Source of the DNA: Fibrobacteria bacterium
Lineage (GTDB): Bacteria; Fibrobacterota; Fibrobacteria; UBA11236
Assembly: GCA_050486505.1 (NCBI GenBank)
Contig: JBJHDK010000027.1
Span: 1-17,708 of the forward strand
Direction of reading: 5' to 3'
DNA length: 17,708 nt
Shown here: one piece after another, positions 14,919 to 17,708 of the stretch
How the letters are laid out: every line of letters starts with the position of its first letter
How positions within the stretch are numbered: the stretch's first letter is position 1
The notes under the pieces: model-generated
Database searches by the model: none
What the model was told of the DNA's origin: nothing
Seen by the model: only the letters and a program-made list of their open reading frames with translations
Program-made: the position numbers and the translations under genes

Positions 14919-15893
14919 GTGACCGTGTACCGCATCGCATTCCTGATCAACCCGATCTCGGGAGGAGGCGTCGGCCGTGAGGTCTTCCAAAGGCTCGGGG
15001 AAGTCCTCGAAAGCTTCGGAATCCGCGAGGATGCGTGGACAGCCGAACTGACCGACGCAAGCCGCGTCGGAGAGCAGGCCGACCGCATGTTGCGAAATTC
15101 CCGCAAGTTGATCGCGGTGGGCGGCGACGGAACCCTCGGCGTCGTTCTCGATCGTGTGCGTCGCGGAAAGACGCGTGCAGTGATCGGCCTGATTCCCCTT
15201 GGCACCGGCAATGATCTGGGGCGCGCATTGGGAGTGTACCGGGTCTACGACGCGAAGGGACTCGTCGCATGCCTCAAACGCCTGTTGATGGCGCCCTCCC
15301 TCCCTTTCGACCTCTGGGATGCCGGAAAGGGCGGCACCACCGTCGTGTCTTACCTGAGCACAGGCATGGATGCCCGGGTCCTGCGCGACTTCGACGGAGC
15401 GAGGAAGCGCGGAGAACTTCGGGGCGGAGCCCTCGGCAACAAGCTTTTTTACCTCAAGGCCCTGGTGGCCAGGCGCAATTACCGCTTTCCGGCAAACGCC
15501 CGCATGGATGTCAAAACAGACCAGGGAATCGTAAAACTCGATCTTGAGGGGCACTGCGCCGTCCTCGTCGCCAACATCAACTCCTATGCCGCGGGAGCCC
15601 GCCCGGTTCCGGGGAATCGCTTCGACGATGGCTTGCTCGAGGTCGTCGTCTTCGGCTCGCTGTGGCGCTATGCCCTGGTGACGGCAGGCTCCCGGATTCT
15701 GCCGGGCCTCGCCCGCTGGATCGGGGTTCCGAGACATCGCGCAAGGGAGGTCACCCTGCACCTCCCGCCCGGCACCCCCGACCAAGTGGACGGAGAAGAT
15801 TGCACCGGACGACTGGAGGGCACCGTTTCAATCGCCTTTGCGGTGCGCGTCCGGCTGCTTGATCTCAGGCGGTCGTTCTTCGCGCTGTTTTGA
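14919..15893 (+). CDS. Diacylglycerol/lipid kinase (DAGK catalytic plus accessory domain), 324 aa
   Basis: INPISGGG, AVGGDGT, IPLGTGNDLGRALG, GMDA, DDGLLEV, QVDGE. Starts 1 nt after the sanA stop. Confidence 0.92.
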   Translation: MTVYRIAFLINPISGGGVGREVFQRLGEVLESFGIREDAWTAELTDASRVGEQADRMLRNSRKLIAVGGDGTLGVVLDRVRRGKTRAVIGLIPLGTGNDLGRALGVYRVYDAKGLVACLKRLLMAPSLPFDLWDAGKGGTTVVSYLSTGMDARVLRDFDGARKRGELRGGALGNKLFYLKALVARRNYRFPANARMDVKTDQGIVKLDLEGHCAVLVANINSYAAGARPVPGNRFDDGLLEVVVFGSLWRYALVTAGSRILPGLARWIGVPRHRAREVTLHLPPGTPDQVDGEDCTGRLEGTVSIAFAVRVRLLDLRRSFFALF

Positions 15894-15961
15894 CCACGAC
15901 CTACCCCGTCGGCGCCCCCCTGTTTACATTGTTCGACTTCGCCAGATCAAGGGGACTTGTC

Positions 15962-17050
15962 ATGAATGCATCCACAACGTGGCGCACCTTCCCGATCGTG
16001 CTCGGTGCCCTGGCACTCTGCGCGGGAACCGCCGCCGGCCAGCCACTGCTGCCTCCCAAGCCCGCCGTGCCCGCCGGCCAACAACATGTCGCTGCCGAAG
16101 CCTCGCGTCACGCCGTCAGTGTCGGCGATGTCCGCATCTCGGCCGGAAAGATCGATTCGCTGGCGACGCTCATGGCGCGCGCGCGCGGAACCGAGGCACG
16201 GGAGCTCTCAACCGAACAACTCGACCTGATGCGCCAGCTCATCACGACAAATCTCATCGGCCAGGAGTTGCTGGAGCTGGAAGCCAAGGCCACCGGCATT
16301 CAGGCATCCCCCCGCGAAATCGACTCCGCGATGCGGGATTTGAGAGCACAGTTCCCCGACGAGGCGGCATGGCAACGCGCCATGCGTCAAAGCGGCGAAA
16401 GTGAGGCCCAGGTTCGCGCCAAACTGGCCCGCCAGATCCGGGCGGACAAGGTGCTTGAAGCCAACATGCAGCTCTCGGGAGCGCCAAGCGAGGCTGAAAT
16501 GCGTGCCTTCTGGGAAGAGAACAAAGATGCCTTTCCCGTGAACGATTCACTGCGTGCGATCCAGATCCTGTTAAGGGCCGGGGCCACGACATCGGAACAA
16601 CAAGTATCCTCCCTCCAGTCGCGCCTTGAGAACATCAGGCGCGTCGTTCTGGGTGAGGACAGCACGGATACCCCTGCCTTGCTCCGCCGCTTCATGGCCG
16701 AGGCCGCCCGGCACGGGGAAGGTCCCGAGGCACGTCAGGGAGGGGATCTGGAACGCTTTCACCCCGCGGACTTTCATCCCGACTTCAGAAAGCACGTGAC
16801 CGGATTGCAGGTCGGGCAGGTTTCCCCCGTTTTCCGGACCCCGCTAGGCTTCCATCTTGTCCTTCTCATCGAGAAATACGACGGAAAATTCGAAAGTTAC
16901 CGTCTCCAAAGCCTACAGAACCTGATGGCCCAGCGGAATTTGCGTCTCGGCATGGAAATGCGGGAATTTCTCAAAAAACTGGCCTCCAAGTATCCCGTAA
17001 CCTTTCACCTCCCGAATTACAGGGATGTCTCCGAAAGCGGACTTTACTGA
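15962..17050 (+). CDS. SurA-like periplasmic chaperone / parvulin PPIase (SurA N-domain plus one PpiC domain), 362 aa
   Basis: SD AAGGGGA before ATG 15962. Signal peptide ...ALALCAGTAAG-Q. SurA-N-like LITTNLIGQELLELEAKATGIQAS.REID, and parvulin motif GGDL...GLQVGQVSPVFRTPLGFHLV. Confidence 0.88.
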   Translation: MNASTTWRTFPIVLGALALCAGTAAGQPLLPPKPAVPAGQQHVAAEASRHAVSVGDVRISAGKIDSLATLMARARGTEARELSTEQLDLMRQLITTNLIGQELLELEAKATGIQASPREIDSAMRDLRAQFPDEAAWQRAMRQSGESEAQVRAKLARQIRADKVLEANMQLSGAPSEAEMRAFWEENKDAFPVNDSLRAIQILLRAGATTSEQQVSSLQSRLENIRRVVLGEDSTDTPALLRRFMAEAARHGEGPEARQGGDLERFHPADFHPDFRKHVTGLQVGQVSPVFRTPLGFHLVLLIEKYDGKFESYRLQSLQNLMAQRNLRLGMEMREFLKKLASKYPVTFHLPNYRDVSESGLY

Positions 17051-17059
17051 CACCGGGGG

Positions 17060-17088
17060 TTTAAAATCCTCCTCCGGCTTGGTACATT
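17060..17088 (+). promoter_or_regulatory. Promoter for rplU-rpmA
   Basis: TTTAAA-N17-TACATT with extended -10 TG (17080-17081) and a C-rich discriminator. Same layout as the tRNA-Cys promoter. Confidence 0.55.
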
Positions 17089-17117
17089 TCCCGCCTCTTT
17101 TCAGCCAAGGTATTTCC

Positions 17118-17564
17118 ATGTATTCGGTGATTGCTTCCGGCGGCTTCCAGCACAAGATCACACCCGGCGAACGGGTCAAGCTGTCCAAGATCAACGCGCC
17201 CGTGGGCGAAGTCCTCACGGTTTCCGATGTCCTGCTGTTCGCAAACGGCGACACGGTCAAGGTCGGTGCCCCCATGGTCGAAGGCGCCCTGGTCAAGCTG
17301 GAGATTCTCCAGCACGATCGTGATGACAAGATCAAGGTCTTCAAGAAAAAGCGCCGCAAGCGCTACCGCAAGACGCAAGGGCATCGCCAGCACTTCACCG
17401 AAGTGATCGTGCGCGAAATCTCCTGCGGTGGCGAATCCGCAGTGGCAGAAGACGTTGTGGTGGAGCGTGCACGCGCCCGCGCCGCCGCGCTCGAAAACAT
17501 GAAGATTCAAGTCAAGAAGCCCACGCGGCGCGAAAAAATCGCCGCGCAGGCTCAGGAGGGATAA
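17118..17564 (+). CDS. rplU: 50S ribosomal protein bL21 with C-terminal extension, 148 aa
   Basis: [14 protein letters not shown]..., [34 protein letters not shown]. Directly upstream of rpmA. Confidence 0.97.
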   Translation: MYSVIASGGFQHKITPGERVKLSKINAPVGEVLTVSDVLLFANGDTVKVGAPMVEGALVKLEILQHDRDDKIKVFKKKRRKRYRKTQGHRQHFTEVIVREISCGGESAVAEDVVVERARARAAALENMKIQVKKPTRREKIAAQAQEG

Positions 17565-17569
17565 CCCGC

Positions 17570-17708
17570 ATGGCACACAAAAAAGGTGGCGGCAGCACTA
17601 ATAACGGTCGCGATTCCAACCCGAAGTATCTCGGCATCAAGAAATACGGTGGAGAGACCGTCATCGCCGGCAATATCATCGTGCGCCAGCGCGGCACGCG
17701 CTGGCACG
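17570..17708 (+). CDS. rpmA: 50S ribosomal protein bL27, 5' part (cut by the window edge)
   Basis: SD AGGAGG at 17554-17559. Translation [46 protein letters not shown]. Confidence 0.98.
   Translation, partial: MAHKKGGGSTNNGRDSNPKYLGIKKYGGETVIAGNIIVRQRGTRWH

Noticed and set aside
1..17708. CRISPR array, tandem repeats, IS elements or defence systems
   Set aside because: I saw no regularly spaced repeats, terminal inverted repeats, or nuclease/transposase motifs on either strand.

Overview
GC-rich bacterial chromosomal window made mostly of housekeeping and envelope genes. The taxon cannot be fixed from the sequence; a Fibrobacterota/FCB-type diderm is only my guess from the gene style. In order: the 3' end of acpS (missing from the ORF track), an orphan zinc-ribbon protein with a near-consensus sigma70 promoter, tRNA-Cys(GCA), a minus-strand translationally coupled tamB-like / tamA-like (Omp85) pair, a divergent 823-aa lipoprotein with two parvulin domains and C-terminal TPRs, a CorE-type Cys-rich ECF sigma factor followed by a Cu(+) P1B-ATPase with its own ECF-type promoter, an exported rhodanese, tRNA-Gly(CCC), an ndk / gamma-carbonic anhydrase / sanA / diacylglycerol kinase operon, a SurA-like PPIase, rplU with a long C-terminal extension, and the start of rpmA. 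I saw no mobile element, CRISPR array or rRNA. The best candidates for under-described biology are (i) a variant outer-membrane assembly module (TamB + TamA with an altered loop-6 motif + parvulin-TPR lipoprotein), (ii) a minimal two-gene copper circuit with no anti-sigma factor, (iii) a eukaryote-like DAG kinase and (iv) probable leaderless transcripts.
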